A stretch of DNA of 64,000 nt from Phycisphaerae bacterium (GCA_963675745.2 CAXXWX010000023.1:197761-261760), one strand, 5' to 3'; shown: positions 18,848 to 30,981, numbered from the stretch's first letter. Made by a program: numbers and translations. Notes: generated by a model not told the origin, from the letters alone.

Positions 18848-21505
18848 ATGGGAGCTGCAACCGTGGTCAACTGGCTGCTGCGGATGGTCATGAAGCTGCT
18901 GCTGGCCCTGCGCTATCGCGTTCGCGTGCGGGGACTGGAGCGTGTGGCGCGGCGGGGCCGGCGGGGGATTCTGTTTCTGCCGAACCACCCGGCGCTGATC
19001 GACCCGTTGATCGTCGTGACATACCTGCACGAGTTGTTCGCCCCACGGGCGCTCGCCGACCAGGACCAGATCGACCGCCCGATCATCCGCCGACTGGCAC
19101 GCCGCATCGGCATCATCAAGCTGCCTGACGTCAAGATGTACGGTTCGTCCGCCGTCAGCGAGGTGGAAGCCGCGCGCCGTGCCTTCATCAGCGCCCTGGC
19201 GGCCGGCGAGAACATGTTGCTTTATCCATCGGGGCACATCTACCGCACGCGGCATGAAGATCTGCGCGGCAACAGCGCGGTCGAGGAAATCCTGCGAGCT
19301 GTGCCCGATGTGCGCATCGTGCTGATTCGTACGCGCGGGCTGTGGGGCAGCCGCCTGAGCCTGGCGGCCGGCGAGTATCCGAATATGGGGCGACTGCTGG
19401 GCCCGGCGTTGTTCAACCTGTTGCGCAGCTACATCCTTCTCAGCCCGCGGCGCTCGGTGACGATCGAACTCCATGAGCCGGATGACCTGCCGCGCCAGGC
19501 CGATCGCCATACGCTCAATGCCTGCCTCGAGCGCTTCTATAACGAAGAAGCGCCGCCCGCGCTGCGCGTTTCCGACGTGTTCGGCGAGGCGCCGCGCTGC
19601 CGCGAAATGCCGGAACCCCAGTGGGGGCGGCGCGGCGGGGCCGACGATGTGCCGGAGACCACACGCCGAATCGTGATTGACCATCTGCGCGAGCTGACCG
19701 GCGCCGAGACGATTCGCGACGAAGACCGGCTGGCACAGGATCTGAATCTCGACAGCCTGGCGCGCACCGAGCTGTTGCTGTGGATCGCGAGCGAGTTCGG
19801 TCATGCCGACCAGGACGGTGACGCGATCGCCACCGTTGGTGAGTTGATGCTGGCGGCGCGCGGCGAGGCGATCGTGACGCGCCCGACGGCATTGCGCGCG
19901 CCGCCCGCCGGCTGGTTTCGTGAACGTGGGCGCGAGGTTGCAGGCGTGCCGGACGGGGAGACGATCGCCGAGGTGTTCCTCGCGGCGGCGCGCCGGCACC
20001 CCGGACACGTGATTGTCGCCGACCAGATGCGTGGCGGGCTGACCTATCGCAAGATGATCACGGGCATACTGGCGCTAAAGCCGGCCATCGAGCGTCTGGC
20101 CGGCGAGCACGTCGGGATCATGCTCCCGGCGTCGGTTGGGGCCAGTGTGGTGTACTTCGCCACGGTGTTTGCCGGTAAGACGCCGCTGATGGTCAATTGG
20201 ACCACCGGGGCGCGTAACACGCTGCACACGTTTGAGCTGGCCGGCGTCAGGCACGTGCTGACATCCGCCGCCCTGGTTGCGCGGCTGGAATCACAGGGGA
20301 CTGACCTCAGCGGGATCAAAGACCGGCTGGTCATGCTGGAGGAGGTTGGAGCGCGTCTGCCGGCGTGGCGCAAGCTGGGGGCTCTGCTGCGCTCGTATGT
20401 GAGCTGGGCGCCGCTGGCACGCGCCCGGGTTGCCAGGCACGCGGCCGTGCTGGTGACGAGCGGTTCGGAGAATCTGCCAAAGGCCGTTCCGCTGACGCAC
20501 GCCAACCTGCTCACCAACATCCGCGACACGGTGAGCATCGCCGAACTGCGCGGTGATGATCGGCTGATCGCGTTCTTGCCGCCGTTCCATTCGTTCGGGC
20601 TGACGATGACGGTGATACTGCCGCCATTAATCGGGCTGCGTACGGTCTATCATGCGAACCCGACCGAGGCGTTGATGCTGGCGCGACTGGTCGAGACGTA
20701 TAAGGCGACGCTGCTGCTCGGCACGCCGACATTTCTGAGCGGGATTCTGCGCGCGACTACGGGGCCGGCCGCGCTGGCGTCGCTGCGTCTGGCGGTCACG
20801 GGTGCGGAGAAGTGTCCGGAGCACGTTTATGACGCGTTGGCCGAGCGCTGCCCGCGGGCAACGGTGCTGGAGGGATACGGGATTACCGAGTGTTCGCCGA
20901 TTGTCTCGGTTAACCGGCCGGGCGACGCGCGGCGTGGCACGATCGGGCGCGTGCTGCCGTCGGTGGAGCACGCGATCGTGGACGCCGATAGCGGTTTGCC
21001 GGTGAAGCCCGGCGAGCGCGGGATGTTGCTGGTGCGCGGGCCGAGCGTGTTCTCGGGATATCTCGGCGACGACGTTGCGTCGCCGTTCGTCGAGCACGCC
21101 GGCCGGGAGTGGTATCGCACGGGCGATCTGGTCAGCGCTGATGAAGATGGCGTGCTGACATTCCGCGGGCGGTTGAAGCGTTTTGTCAAGCTCGGCGGCG
21201 AGATGGTCTCGCTGCCGGCGATCGAAAACGCCCTGCTGCCACACTTCGCGAGCTCTGATGACGATGGCCCGTCGATCGCGGTCGAAGCCACACCCAACGA
21301 AGATCGTCCCGAAGTCGTCCTGTTTGCAACCCAATCGGCGGATCGGCGAACTATCAATCAACACATTCGCGAGGCGGGGCTCTCGGCGCTACACAACATA
21401 AGCCGCGTAATCACGGTCCCGGAAATTCCGCTGCTGGGCAACGGCAAGACAGACTATCGCGCACTGCGCGACCAACTCGGCGCCGGCGGTCCGTTGGCGC
21501 ATTGA
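18848..21505 (+). CDS. Aas-like acyltransferase + carrier protein + AMP-dependent acyl ligase
   Basis: NHPALID and YPSG acyltransferase motifs; LNLDSL carrier motif; TSGSENLPKAV, EGYGITE, YRTGD and PLLGNGK adenylation motifs. Confidence 0.88.
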   Translation: MGAATVVNWLLRMVMKLLLALRYRVRVRGLERVARRGRRGILFLPNHPALIDPLIVVTYLHELFAPRALADQDQIDRPIIRRLARRIGIIKLPDVKMYGSSAVSEVEAARRAFISALAAGENMLLYPSGHIYRTRHEDLRGNSAVEEILRAVPDVRIVLIRTRGLWGSRLSLAAGEYPNMGRLLGPALFNLLRSYILLSPRRSVTIELHEPDDLPRQADRHTLNACLERFYNEEAPPALRVSDVFGEAPRCREMPEPQWGRRGGADDVPETTRRIVIDHLRELTGAETIRDEDRLAQDLNLDSLARTELLLWIASEFGHADQDGDAIATVGELMLAARGEAIVTRPTALRAPPAGWFRERGREVAGVPDGETIAEVFLAAARRHPGHVIVADQMRGGLTYRKMITGILALKPAIERLAGEHVGIMLPASVGASVVYFATVFAGKTPLMVNWTTGARNTLHTFELAGVRHVLTSAALVARLESQGTDLSGIKDRLVMLEEVGARLPAWRKLGALLRSYVSWAPLARARVARHAAVLVTSGSENLPKAVPLTHANLLTNIRDTVSIAELRGDDRLIAFLPPFHSFGLTMTVILPPLIGLRTVYHANPTEALMLARLVETYKATLLLGTPTFLSGILRATTGPAALASLRLAVTGAEKCPEHVYDALAERCPRATVLEGYGITECSPIVSVNRPGDARRGTIGRVLPSVEHAIVDADSGLPVKPGERGMLLVRGPSVFSGYLGDDVASPFVEHAGREWYRTGDLVSADEDGVLTFRGRLKRFVKLGGEMVSLPAIENALLPHFASSDDDGPSIAVEATPNEDRPEVVLFATQSADRRTINQHIREAGLSALHNISRVITVPEIPLLGNGKTDYRALRDQLGAGGPLAH

Positions 21506-21590
21506 CGACTGTGAATCCACGGCGGGTGCGGGTTGGCGGTTGGCGGCGGTCTTATCTAAACTGTGTGGTTTCCCCCGTGGAGAAACTTGC

Positions 21591-24293
21591 ATGAGCGTGC
21601 AGAATCTGGATGCCGTATTCAAACCGTCCGCCGTTGCGGTCATCGGAGCGTCAAACGCGCCGCTGAGCCTGGGCGGCGTGATCATGCGCAACCTGCTGAA
21701 GTCGGGGTTCACCGGGCCGATCATGCCGGTGAACCCGAAGTACGACGCGGTTGCCGGCGTGCTCACGTACCCCGACGTGGCCAGCCTGCCGGTGACGCCG
21801 GAACTGGCGGTGATCTGCACGCCGCCACAAACCGTGCCGGGCATCATCGAGCAGTTGGGCGAGCGCGGCGTCAAGGGGGCGGCGGTCATTACGGCGGGGC
21901 TCGCCAGTCTTGATCACGGCGGCGGCAAATCGGTGCAACAGGCGATGCTTGACGCGGCGCGCCCCCACCGGCTGCGCATCCTGGGGCCAAACTGCGTCGG
22001 CCTGCTGGTGCCCGGAATCGGGCTGAACGCCACGTTCGCGCACGCCTCGGCGTCGCACGCCACACTCGAAACCGGATCGATCGCGTTCGTGTCTCAGTCG
22101 GGCGGGTTCTGTACGGCGACGCTGGATTGGGCGCGCGACCGGGGCATCGGCTTTTCGCACTTCATATCGCTGGGCGACAGTGCCGACATCGACTTCGGCG
22201 ACGTGCTGGACTATCTGGGCAGTTCCGCGGAAACGAACGCGATTCTGTTATACATGGAATCGATCGGCGCTGACGAGGCACGCAAATTCATGTCGGCGGC
22301 CCGCGCCGCCGCCCGCAACAAGCCCGTGCTGGCCATCAAGTCCGGGCGAAACCCGGAGGGTGCCCGCGCCGCGGCGTCGCACACGGGGGCCCTGGCCGGA
22401 GCGGATAACGTCTATGCGGCGGCGCTGCGCCGCGCCGGTATGCTGCGGGTGTTCACGCTTGATGAGCTGTTTGACGCGGTCGAGACGTTGGCGCGTTCGC
22501 GGCCGCTGAAAGGCGAGCGCCTGGCGATCCTGACGAACGGCGGCGGACCGGGGGTGATTGCGACCGATGCGTTGATCGCCGACGGCGGCACGCTGGCGGA
22601 GTTTTCCGCCGACACCATGCGCCGGCTTGACGAACTGCTGCCGCCCACCTGGTCGAAGGGCAATCCGGTCGACATGATCGGCGACGCCGACGCGCAGCGC
22701 TACGTGAAGGCGATGCGAATCATCCGCGAAGACCCCGGCGTTGACGCGCTGCTGGTCATGAACGTGCCCAGCGCGATCGCGCCGCCGGTGCTCACGGCGC
22801 AGGGCGTGGTTGATGCGATCAAGGAGACCGATCTGCCGGTGCTCACGAGTTGGATCGGCGGCGAGGAGGCCACGCGCGCGCGGCGCGTGTTCTCCGAGCA
22901 CGAGATTGCGACGTATGACACACCCGAGAGCGCGATCCGGGCGTACATGCACATGGTTCGCTACCGCCGAAATCAGGAGATCCTCACGCAGACGCCGCGG
23001 TCGGCACCGACGGATTTCGCGGTATCGCCCGGCGCCGCGCGCGCGGTCATCGAGCCCATGCTGGCCGATCGGGACTTATTGACCGAGCACGAAGCCAAGC
23101 AGGTGCTGGCCGCGTACGGAATCCCGGTTGTCGAGACGCGTGTCGCGACCGACCCGGGGCAAGCCGCGGAACTGGCCGACGAGATTCAGTATCCGGTCGC
23201 GCTGAAGGTGTTGTCGCCCGATATCACGCACAAGTCCGACGTGGGTGGGGTCGTGCTGGGGTTGAGCACGCCGGAGGAGGTGCGCGACGCCGCCGACAGC
23301 ATGCTCGCCCGAATCCGCACGCGGTTTCCCAAGGCCGATGTGACGGGTTTCACGGTGCAGCGCATGGCGCGGCGGCCGCAGGCGCACGAGCTGATCATCG
23401 GCATGGCGACGGACTCAATATTCGGGCCGGTGATCCTGTTCGGGCGGGGCGGGACGGCGGTCGAAGTGATCGCCGACCGCGAGGTGGCCTTACCGCCGTT
23501 GAACATGAGCCTGGCGCGGCACCTGATTTCGCGCACGCGCGTCTTTCAACTGCTGAAGGGCTATCGTGATCGGCCGCCGGCCGACCTGGATGCGATCTGT
23601 CTGACTCTGATCAAGATCTCGCAGTTGATCATAGACCGCCCCGAGATTATCGAGCTTGATATCAACCCGCTGTTTGCCGACGAAAAGGGCGTGATTGCCG
23701 TTGATGCCCGTGTGCGCGTGGCGCCGATCATGTCGGCGATGGCCCACGGCGCCAAGCGTCTCGCCATCCGTCCGTACCCGCACAATCTGGAAGAGACGCT
23801 GAAGCTGCCGGGAGGCCGCGAGATATTCGTGCGGCCGATCCGCCCCGAAGATCAGCCCTCACATCGGCGGTTCGTGGGCCGACTGACGCCCGAAGACCTG
23901 CGATTCCGTCTGTTGGGCGTGACGCGGGACATCCCCCCATCGGAGATGGCGCGCCTCGTCCAGATCGACTACGATCGTGAGATGGCCTTCATCGCCACGG
24001 GGATCGGTGAGGGCGAGTCCGAGACACTTGCGGTGGTGCGTACGGTGGCGAACCCCGACAACACCCGAGCTGATTTCGCCCTGATGGTGCGCTCGGACCT
24101 CAAGCGTATCGGGCTGGGCACGGCCCTGATGGAGAAGATGATCCGCTACTGTCGCGGCCGGAAGACGCGGGAGATCGTCGGTCAATTGCTGCCCGACAAC
24201 ACCGCAATGTTGCACCTGACCCGAAAGCTGGGCTTCAAACAGAGAGAGCTGCCCGGCTCGGACCGTTATGAAGTTTGTCTGGAACTTGATTGA
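21591..24293 (+). CDS. Bifunctional acetate--CoA ligase-like/GNAT protein lysine acetyltransferase (Pat/Pka family)
   Basis: VAVIGAS, RILGPNCVG, SQSG, ASHTGALAG, ATP-grasp HKSDVGGV, C-terminal GNAT (QIDYDREMAF). Confidence 0.92.
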   Translation: MSVQNLDAVFKPSAVAVIGASNAPLSLGGVIMRNLLKSGFTGPIMPVNPKYDAVAGVLTYPDVASLPVTPELAVICTPPQTVPGIIEQLGERGVKGAAVITAGLASLDHGGGKSVQQAMLDAARPHRLRILGPNCVGLLVPGIGLNATFAHASASHATLETGSIAFVSQSGGFCTATLDWARDRGIGFSHFISLGDSADIDFGDVLDYLGSSAETNAILLYMESIGADEARKFMSAARAAARNKPVLAIKSGRNPEGARAAASHTGALAGADNVYAAALRRAGMLRVFTLDELFDAVETLARSRPLKGERLAILTNGGGPGVIATDALIADGGTLAEFSADTMRRLDELLPPTWSKGNPVDMIGDADAQRYVKAMRIIREDPGVDALLVMNVPSAIAPPVLTAQGVVDAIKETDLPVLTSWIGGEEATRARRVFSEHEIATYDTPESAIRAYMHMVRYRRNQEILTQTPRSAPTDFAVSPGAARAVIEPMLADRDLLTEHEAKQVLAAYGIPVVETRVATDPGQAAELADEIQYPVALKVLSPDITHKSDVGGVVLGLSTPEEVRDAADSMLARIRTRFPKADVTGFTVQRMARRPQAHELIIGMATDSIFGPVILFGRGGTAVEVIADREVALPPLNMSLARHLISRTRVFQLLKGYRDRPPADLDAICLTLIKISQLIIDRPEIIELDINPLFADEKGVIAVDARVRVAPIMSAMAHGAKRLAIRPYPHNLEETLKLPGGREIFVRPIRPEDQPSHRRFVGRLTPEDLRFRLLGVTRDIPPSEMARLVQIDYDREMAFIATGIGEGESETLAVVRTVANPDNTRADFALMVRSDLKRIGLGTALMEKMIRYCRGRKTREIVGQLLPDNTAMLHLTRKLGFKQRELPGSDRYEVCLELD

Positions 24294-24314
24294 CCCCACA
24301 GCAAAGGTGGTTAT

Positions 24315-27299
24315 GTGATGTTCGACTTGTCGCGAAACCCGCTGAGAGCACGAAGCGCGGCGGTGATGGTCCTGGCTCTGTGCATGACGTTGTCGGCAGC
24401 TCTATGCGCCGCATCTGACGATGAGGCACCGGCGGAGGCTGAGGCACGCCTGCTTTCCAACATACGCCAACTCACGTTCGAAGGGCGTCGCGCCGGAGAG
24501 GGCTATTACAGCGCCGACGGCAAACAGATGGTTTTTCAGAGTGAACGTGAGCCCGGCAATCCGTTCTACCAGATATATCTGATGGACCTGGAGACCGGTG
24601 ACATTCAGCGCGTCTCGCCGGGACAAGGCAAAACGACGTGTAGCTGGATTCACCCGAGCGGCAAGCGCGTGCTCTTCGCCTCGACCCACCTCGATCCGCA
24701 GGCAAAGGCCAAACAGGAACAGGAGCTCGAACTGCGCGCCTCCGGCAAGCAGCGCCGCTATTCGTGGAGCTATGACGAAGAATATGAAATCTTCGATTGT
24801 GAGGTGCCCGCGAAGGAGTACCGCAACCTGACCAACGCGCGCGGCTATGATGCCGAGGGCTCCTGGTCACCCGATGGCCGCTACATCGCGTTTGCCTCCA
24901 ACCGCCACGGCTATACCGAGAAACTCGACCCGAAAGACGCCGAGCGTTTTGAGGTCGACCGGTCGCTCATGATGGAGATCTACATCATGGACGCCGACGG
25001 TGGCAATGTGCGGCGTCTGACTCACACCAAGGGCTATGACGGCGGGCCGTTCTTCAGCCCGGATGGGAAGCGCATCTGCTGGCGTCGTTTTTCGGAAGAC
25101 GGCGTGCGCGCCGAGATCTGGACGATGAACATCGACGGGTCCGACCAGCAGCAGTTGACCCACCTGGGAGCCATGTCATGGGCACCGTACTACCACCCCT
25201 CGGGTGAGTACCTGGTCTTCACCACGAACATCCACGGCTTCGCGAACTTCGAGCTGTACCTGGTCGACGCGGCCGGGCAACGCGAGCCGGTGCGCGCAAC
25301 GTTTACCGATGGCTGGGATGGCCTGCCAGTGTTCTCACCTGACGGCAAACAGCTTGCGTGGAGCACGGCGCGCAGTGCGGACAAGTCGGCACAGATATTC
25401 CTGGCCGATTGGAATCACGCCGCCGCGCAGAGACTGTTGTCGAGTGCGGCGAAGCAGGTGATAGCCGACGCTCCAACCGACGAGGACCGGGCCGCCCCAC
25501 CGCCGGTCGAGACCGAAGCCGGGATCAATGCCGCCGACCTGCGCAAGCACATCGAGTATCTCGCCTCTGACGAGCTTGACGGGCGCATGACCGGTACGCG
25601 CGGCGAGACGCTGGCCACCGCGTATGTGGCGTCGCTGTTTCGCAAGTACGGCCTCGAGCCCGCGGGCGACGACGGCACATATTTCCAGGCGTTTGAATTC
25701 ACGTTCGGCCTGTCGTTGGGCGCTGACAACACGCTGTCGATCTATGACCGCGAGGTACACAAGAAGACCGACCTAGAAGTTGATAGCGACTGGCGCCCGC
25801 TGTCATTCTCGAAGACTGGGGAAGTTGAATACGCCGGCGTCATGTTCGCCGGCTACGGCATCATCGCACCGCAGGGCGAGGAGTTTGACGCCTACGACTC
25901 GCTGGCTGACGCCGACGTCAAGGACAAGTGGGTGATGGTCCTCCGATTCATGCCTGAAGACATCACGCCCGAGCAACGCCAGCACCTGTCGCGTCATTCG
26001 AGCCTGCGTTACAAGGCCATGGTGCTGCGTGACCGGGGGGCGCACGGCATGATCGTCGTGTCCGGGCCGAACGCCCAGGTAAAGCAGGAGCTGATCGAGT
26101 TGACCGCCGATGCGTCGCTGGCCGGCACCAGCCTGCCGGCCATCTCGATCAGCAATGCCGCGGCCGATAAGCTGCTCGCCGCCGGCGGTAAGACGCTGAA
26201 GGCCCTGCAAGACGAGCTTGACGACGGGGCGCAAGTGCCGGCGTTTGATCTGGCCAGGGTGATGTTGGGGGCCAATATCGAGATGGAGCAGATGAAACGC
26301 CAGGGGCGCAGCGTGCTCGGGCGTCTGCGCTCGGGTAGCGACAAGCCGGCGGTTGTGCTTGGTGCCCACGTGGATCATCTCGGGCACGGCGGCGCTAACT
26401 CGCGCGCCGGCAAGGACGAGCAGGGGCAGATCCACTACGGCGCCGACGACAACGCCTCGGGTGTGGCCGGCGTGTTGGAAATCGCCGAGTATCTCGCTGA
26501 TGCCAGGAAAAACGGCAAGCTGAACATGCAGCGTGATCTGATCTGCGCGGCGTGGTCGGGAGAGGAGATCGGCTTGCTCGGCTCGTCACACTTCGTGGAT
26601 CAGCTTGACGAGCAGACGCAGGAAGATGGCGACATTCACGGCAAAATCGCGGCGTACCTGAATATGGACATGATCGGCCGCTTGGACGAGAAGCTGGTTA
26701 TAAACGGTGTGAGCTCGAGTTCAGTCTGGCCGCAGGAGATCGAACGTCGTAACGTCCCCGTGGGCCTGAAGCTCGCGATTGTGGCGGACAGCTATCTGCC
26801 GACCGACACAACGCCGTTTTACCTGCACGGCGTGCCGGTGCTGAACATGTTCAGCGGCATTCACACGGACTATCACACGCCACGCGACACGGCGGACAAG
26901 ATCGATTACGAAGGGGCGGCGCGCATCGCGCGGCTGATGGGGCTGATCACGCGCTCGCTCGTGCTGCGCGGAGAGGAACCGGACTATGTCCAAGTGGAGG
27001 CCACCGGGCCGCGCGGTTCGCGCGCCGGCTTGCGTGCCTACCTGGGCACGATCCCCGATTATGCCACGGCCGACATCCCGGGCGTGAAGCTGACCGGCGT
27101 GTCCAAGGGCGGCCCGGCGGAGAAGGCCGGCCTGCGCGGCGGGGACATCATTATCAAGCTGGCGGGTACGACCATCGAGAACATTCACGACTATACCTAT
27201 GCGATTGATGCGCTGAAGATCGGCCAGGAGGTCGAGGTTGTCGTCAAGCGCGACGGAGCCGACGTGACGCTAACGATCACGCCCGCATCGCGGGAGTAG
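24315..27299 (+). CDS. M28 family peptidase with PD40 propeller, PA and PDZ domains
   Basis: PD40 repeats; GAHVDHLG, GADDNASG, GEEIG, NMDMIG, YHTPRD; C-terminal PDZ (LGTIPD..PAEKAGL). Confidence 0.9.
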   Translation: MMFDLSRNPLRARSAAVMVLALCMTLSAALCAASDDEAPAEAEARLLSNIRQLTFEGRRAGEGYYSADGKQMVFQSEREPGNPFYQIYLMDLETGDIQRVSPGQGKTTCSWIHPSGKRVLFASTHLDPQAKAKQEQELELRASGKQRRYSWSYDEEYEIFDCEVPAKEYRNLTNARGYDAEGSWSPDGRYIAFASNRHGYTEKLDPKDAERFEVDRSLMMEIYIMDADGGNVRRLTHTKGYDGGPFFSPDGKRICWRRFSEDGVRAEIWTMNIDGSDQQQLTHLGAMSWAPYYHPSGEYLVFTTNIHGFANFELYLVDAAGQREPVRATFTDGWDGLPVFSPDGKQLAWSTARSADKSAQIFLADWNHAAAQRLLSSAAKQVIADAPTDEDRAAPPPVETEAGINAADLRKHIEYLASDELDGRMTGTRGETLATAYVASLFRKYGLEPAGDDGTYFQAFEFTFGLSLGADNTLSIYDREVHKKTDLEVDSDWRPLSFSKTGEVEYAGVMFAGYGIIAPQGEEFDAYDSLADADVKDKWVMVLRFMPEDITPEQRQHLSRHSSLRYKAMVLRDRGAHGMIVVSGPNAQVKQELIELTADASLAGTSLPAISISNAAADKLLAAGGKTLKALQDELDDGAQVPAFDLARVMLGANIEMEQMKRQGRSVLGRLRSGSDKPAVVLGAHVDHLGHGGANSRAGKDEQGQIHYGADDNASGVAGVLEIAEYLADARKNGKLNMQRDLICAAWSGEEIGLLGSSHFVDQLDEQTQEDGDIHGKIAAYLNMDMIGRLDEKLVINGVSSSSVWPQEIERRNVPVGLKLAIVADSYLPTDTTPFYLHGVPVLNMFSGIHTDYHTPRDTADKIDYEGAARIARLMGLITRSLVLRGEEPDYVQVEATGPRGSRAGLRAYLGTIPDYATADIPGVKLTGVSKGGPAEKAGLRGGDIIIKLAGTTIENIHDYTYAIDALKIGQEVEVVVKRDGADVTLTITPASRE

Positions 27300-27463
27300 C
27301 GCCGTCCGCCCCGGGTGAACCGCACCGCACGCGGACGGCCTGCGAGGCGCGGGCCGCTACGATGGGGGCGCCAGGCGCGAAATTCTGGCGTGCGTTTGCC
27401 GGCGGGGTTGGCGTCCCGTAGCATCGACGTGGAGGGAGCGATGCAGACCCGGAGAGCCCGACG

Positions 27464-30400
27464 ATGACGCCAGCGCCCACGGCTTCCATCCCATTCGTGC
27501 ATTTACACCTGCACAGCGAATATTCGCTGCTGGATGGCGCGTGCCGCTTGAAGGACCTGGTGCGCACCTGCCGCAAGCTGAACATGCCGGCGGTGGCGCT
27601 GACCGACCACGGCAACCTGTTCGGCGCGATCGAATTTTACACCGCCGCCCGTGACGCCGGCGTCAAGCCGATCATCGGTTGCGAACTGTACATGGCCCCT
27701 GGTGCGCGTGGCGACAAAGACGCGCGCGGACTCAAGGAAAGCGCCTATCACATTCTGCTGCTCGCCCAGAATATGACCGGCTATCGGAATCTCGTGAAGT
27801 TGACCACCATCGGCTATACGGAGGGGTTTTACCGCAAACCGCGCATTGACAAGGAGGTGCTGCGCGAGTTCTCAGAAGGGCTGATCTGCACGAGCGCGTG
27901 TCTGGGCGGCGAGATCCCGCAGCAGATTCTCCACTCGGACTTCGCCGCCGCAAAGGCGCTGGCCGAGACGTATCTTGGCATCTTTGGTCCGGACCGGTTT
28001 TGATCGAGTTGCAGGACCATGGCATGTCCGACCAGCGACTATCCAATCCCGAGCTGGTCGAGCTGGCGAAGAAGGTCGGCGTCGCCACCATCGCCACCAA
28101 CGACGTGCACTACCTGGAGCATGATGACGTCGAAGCACACGACGTGCTGTGCTGTATCGCCACGCGCGCGCGAGTGCAGGACGAGAACCGCTTCAAGTTC
28201 CCGACCGACCAGTTCTACTTGAAAACCGCCGAAGAAATGCTGGCCGCCATGCCGGACTATCGCGATGCGATCGAGCACACGGCTGCGGTGGCCGAATCAT
28301 GCAATATCGAATTCGATTTCACCAAGCGTTTTGCCCCGCGCTATGAGCCGCCTGAGAAGAAGGGGGACGCCGAATATCTGGATGAGCTCGTGAACGCCGG
28401 CGCCGGCGGCACTATGGCGAGATCGGCGCGGAGTTGCGTGAGCGGATCGATTACGAGCTGGAGGTCATCGAGTCAAAGGGGTTTTCCAGCTATTTCCTGA
28501 TCGTCTGGGATTTCATCCAGTTCGCTCGCCGCAACAACATCCCGGTAAACACGCGCGGCAGTGGTTGCAGTTCGGTGGTTAGTTACTGCCTGGACATCAG
28601 CAATGTTGAGCCGCTGCGCTACGGCTTGTATTTCGAGCGGTTCATGGACCCGGACCGCGACGAGATGCCCGACATCGACGTCGATATCTGCCAGGATCGC
28701 CGGCACGAAGTGATCGACTATGTGCGCGCCAAGTACGGCCACGTGGCACAGATCATCACGTTTGGGCGGCTCAAGGCGCGGGCGGCGATCCGTGACATCT
28801 GCCGGGCCCTCGATGTGCCGCTCTCCGACGCCGACCGTATCGCCAAGATGGTTCCCGAAGAACTGAAGATGACGATCGACAAGGCCCTGGAGCGCGAAGC
28901 GGAGCTGCGCCGGCTCTACGAGACCGACGAGACGGTCAGAGAAAGTCCTCAACATCGGCCGGCGGCTAGAGGGGTTGGCGCGCCACTCGTCGACGCACGC
29001 GGCCGGCGTCGTCGTTGCCGACATGCCGCTCGATGAGCTGATCCCGCTGGCCAAGCAGGCGGATGCAACCGAGGTCACCACGCAGTTCGAGGGGCCGGTC
29101 GTCGAGAAGGTCGGACTGCTCAAGATGGATTTCCTCGGGCTGCGCACGTTGTCGCAGATTCAACGCGCTTGCGACCTTGTGGCCCAGCACCACGACATCA
29201 CGCTCGACCTCGACAAAGTCGGCCTGGACGATCAGCACGTCTACGCCCTGCTTCAGCGCGGCGAGACGCGCGGTATTTTCCAGTTCGAGTCGGGCGGCAT
29301 GCGCGACGTGCTCATGAAGATGAAGCCCAACCGCATCGAGGATCTCATCGCCGCCAACGCCCTGTTTCGCCCGGGGCCCATGGCCTACATCGACACCTAT
29401 GTCGCCCGCAAGCACGGTCGTGAGCAGTGGCAGATGCCGCACGCGATCATGACCGAGGTGCTCGAAGAGACGCACGGCGTAATGGTCTACCAGGAACAGG
29501 TCTCGCGCATGGTGAACCGCCTGGGCGGCGTGCCACTCCGCCGCGCTTTTCGGCTGGCCAAGGCAATCTCGAAGAAGAAACACGCCATGATCGACCGCGA
29601 GCGCGAGCCCTTCCTGGAGGGCGCGGTCGCCAACGGCGTGGCGCGCAAGACCGCCGAGCAGATTTTTGACGACATTCTCAAGTTCGGCAGCTATGCGTTT
29701 AACAAGGCGCACTCGACCGGCTACGCGCTCGTGGCCTACAAGACCGCCTATTTGAAACACCATTACCCGGTTGAGTTCATGGCCGCGCTGATGACCTATG
29801 AGAGCGGCAACAAGGACAAGATCGCCGAGTATATCGACGAGTGCCGGCGCGTGCGGCAGCGTGACAACTCGGCGGGCATCGATATCAAACCGCCGGACGT
29901 CAACGAGAGCGACGAGGCCTTTACGGTTGTATATCCCGACGGAGTCGGGACGGCCGACGCGCCACGGCGGGGGCAAATTCGCTTTGGGCTGGCGGCGATC
30001 AACGGCGTGGGGCACAAGGCCGTGCAGGCCATCATCGATGCCCGGGCGGAACGCGGCTTTCGGGATCTTTTCGACTTCTGCGAGCGCGTCGACCTTACCG
30101 CGGTCAACAAGGCGGTGGTCGAAACGCTGATCAAGGCCGGTGCGTTCGACAGCACCGGCGCGATGCGCCGCGCGCTGGTCGAAGCGCTCGACGCGGCCAT
30201 CGAGCAGGGCCAGGCCGCGCGCCGCGATCGCCTGGCCGGACAGCTCAGCATGTTTGGCGGCGCGGCCGACGACGCGTCATCTCCCAAGATCGGCACCGAG
30301 GAATGGAGTGATTCGGAGATGCTGGCCCACGAGAAGGCCGCCCTGGGCTTTTACATCACCAAGCATCCGCTGGCGCAGTATGAAGACCTGGTGCGCAAGT

Positions 30401-30981
30401 TCAGCACGCATGAGATCACGATGCTGAAGAACCTCGGCGACGGCCAAACGGTCACTGTCGGTGGCCTGATCACCAGGCTGCGGACGGTGCCAATCCGCAG
30501 CGGGCGCAACGCCGGCAAGAAAATGCTGATCGCTACGTTCGAGGATTTCAGCGGATCGGTTGAGGTGGTCGTGTTCTCCGAGCAACTGCCGGAGTTTCAG
30601 CCGTTGCTCAAGCCGGACGCACTGGTGTTCATCACAGGCACGGTTGATCGCCGGCGCGAAGAGCCCAGCTTGCGCGTCAGTGCAATTGTGCCGTTGGAGC
30701 AGGCCCCGCGCAGGCTGTCGCGTCAGGTTGTGTTGCGCATGCAGAGCACCGGGGGCCCGCTGGATTCACTGGGCCAGGTCGCGACGCTGTGCCGTGAGCA
30801 TCGCGGCCAGTGCGAGGTCTACTTCGAGGTCGGCTCGCCGGAGGGGTGGTTCGCGACGGTGAGGCCCCGGCAGCAGATCGCCGTGGACCCGACTTCGGAT
30901 CTGCTCGCGGGGCTGCGGAGTGTGCCGGGCGTGGACGACGTCCTGTGCGGCGGCGCTCGGGGGACGATCAACGTAGGTTAA
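27464..30981 (+). CDS. dnaE: DNA polymerase III alpha subunit with three apparent frameshifts (~27999, ~28405, ~28940)
   Basis: PHP domain HLHLHSEYSLLDG, TNDVHY, RGSG, PDIDVD, KMDFLGL, FNKAHS and OB fold, spread over four consecutive ORFs. Confidence 0.95.

Noticed and set aside
27464..30981. Naturally split, intein-containing or recoded dnaE
   Set aside because: The breaks are small indels with no intein motifs or extra sequence; sequencing error is more likely.
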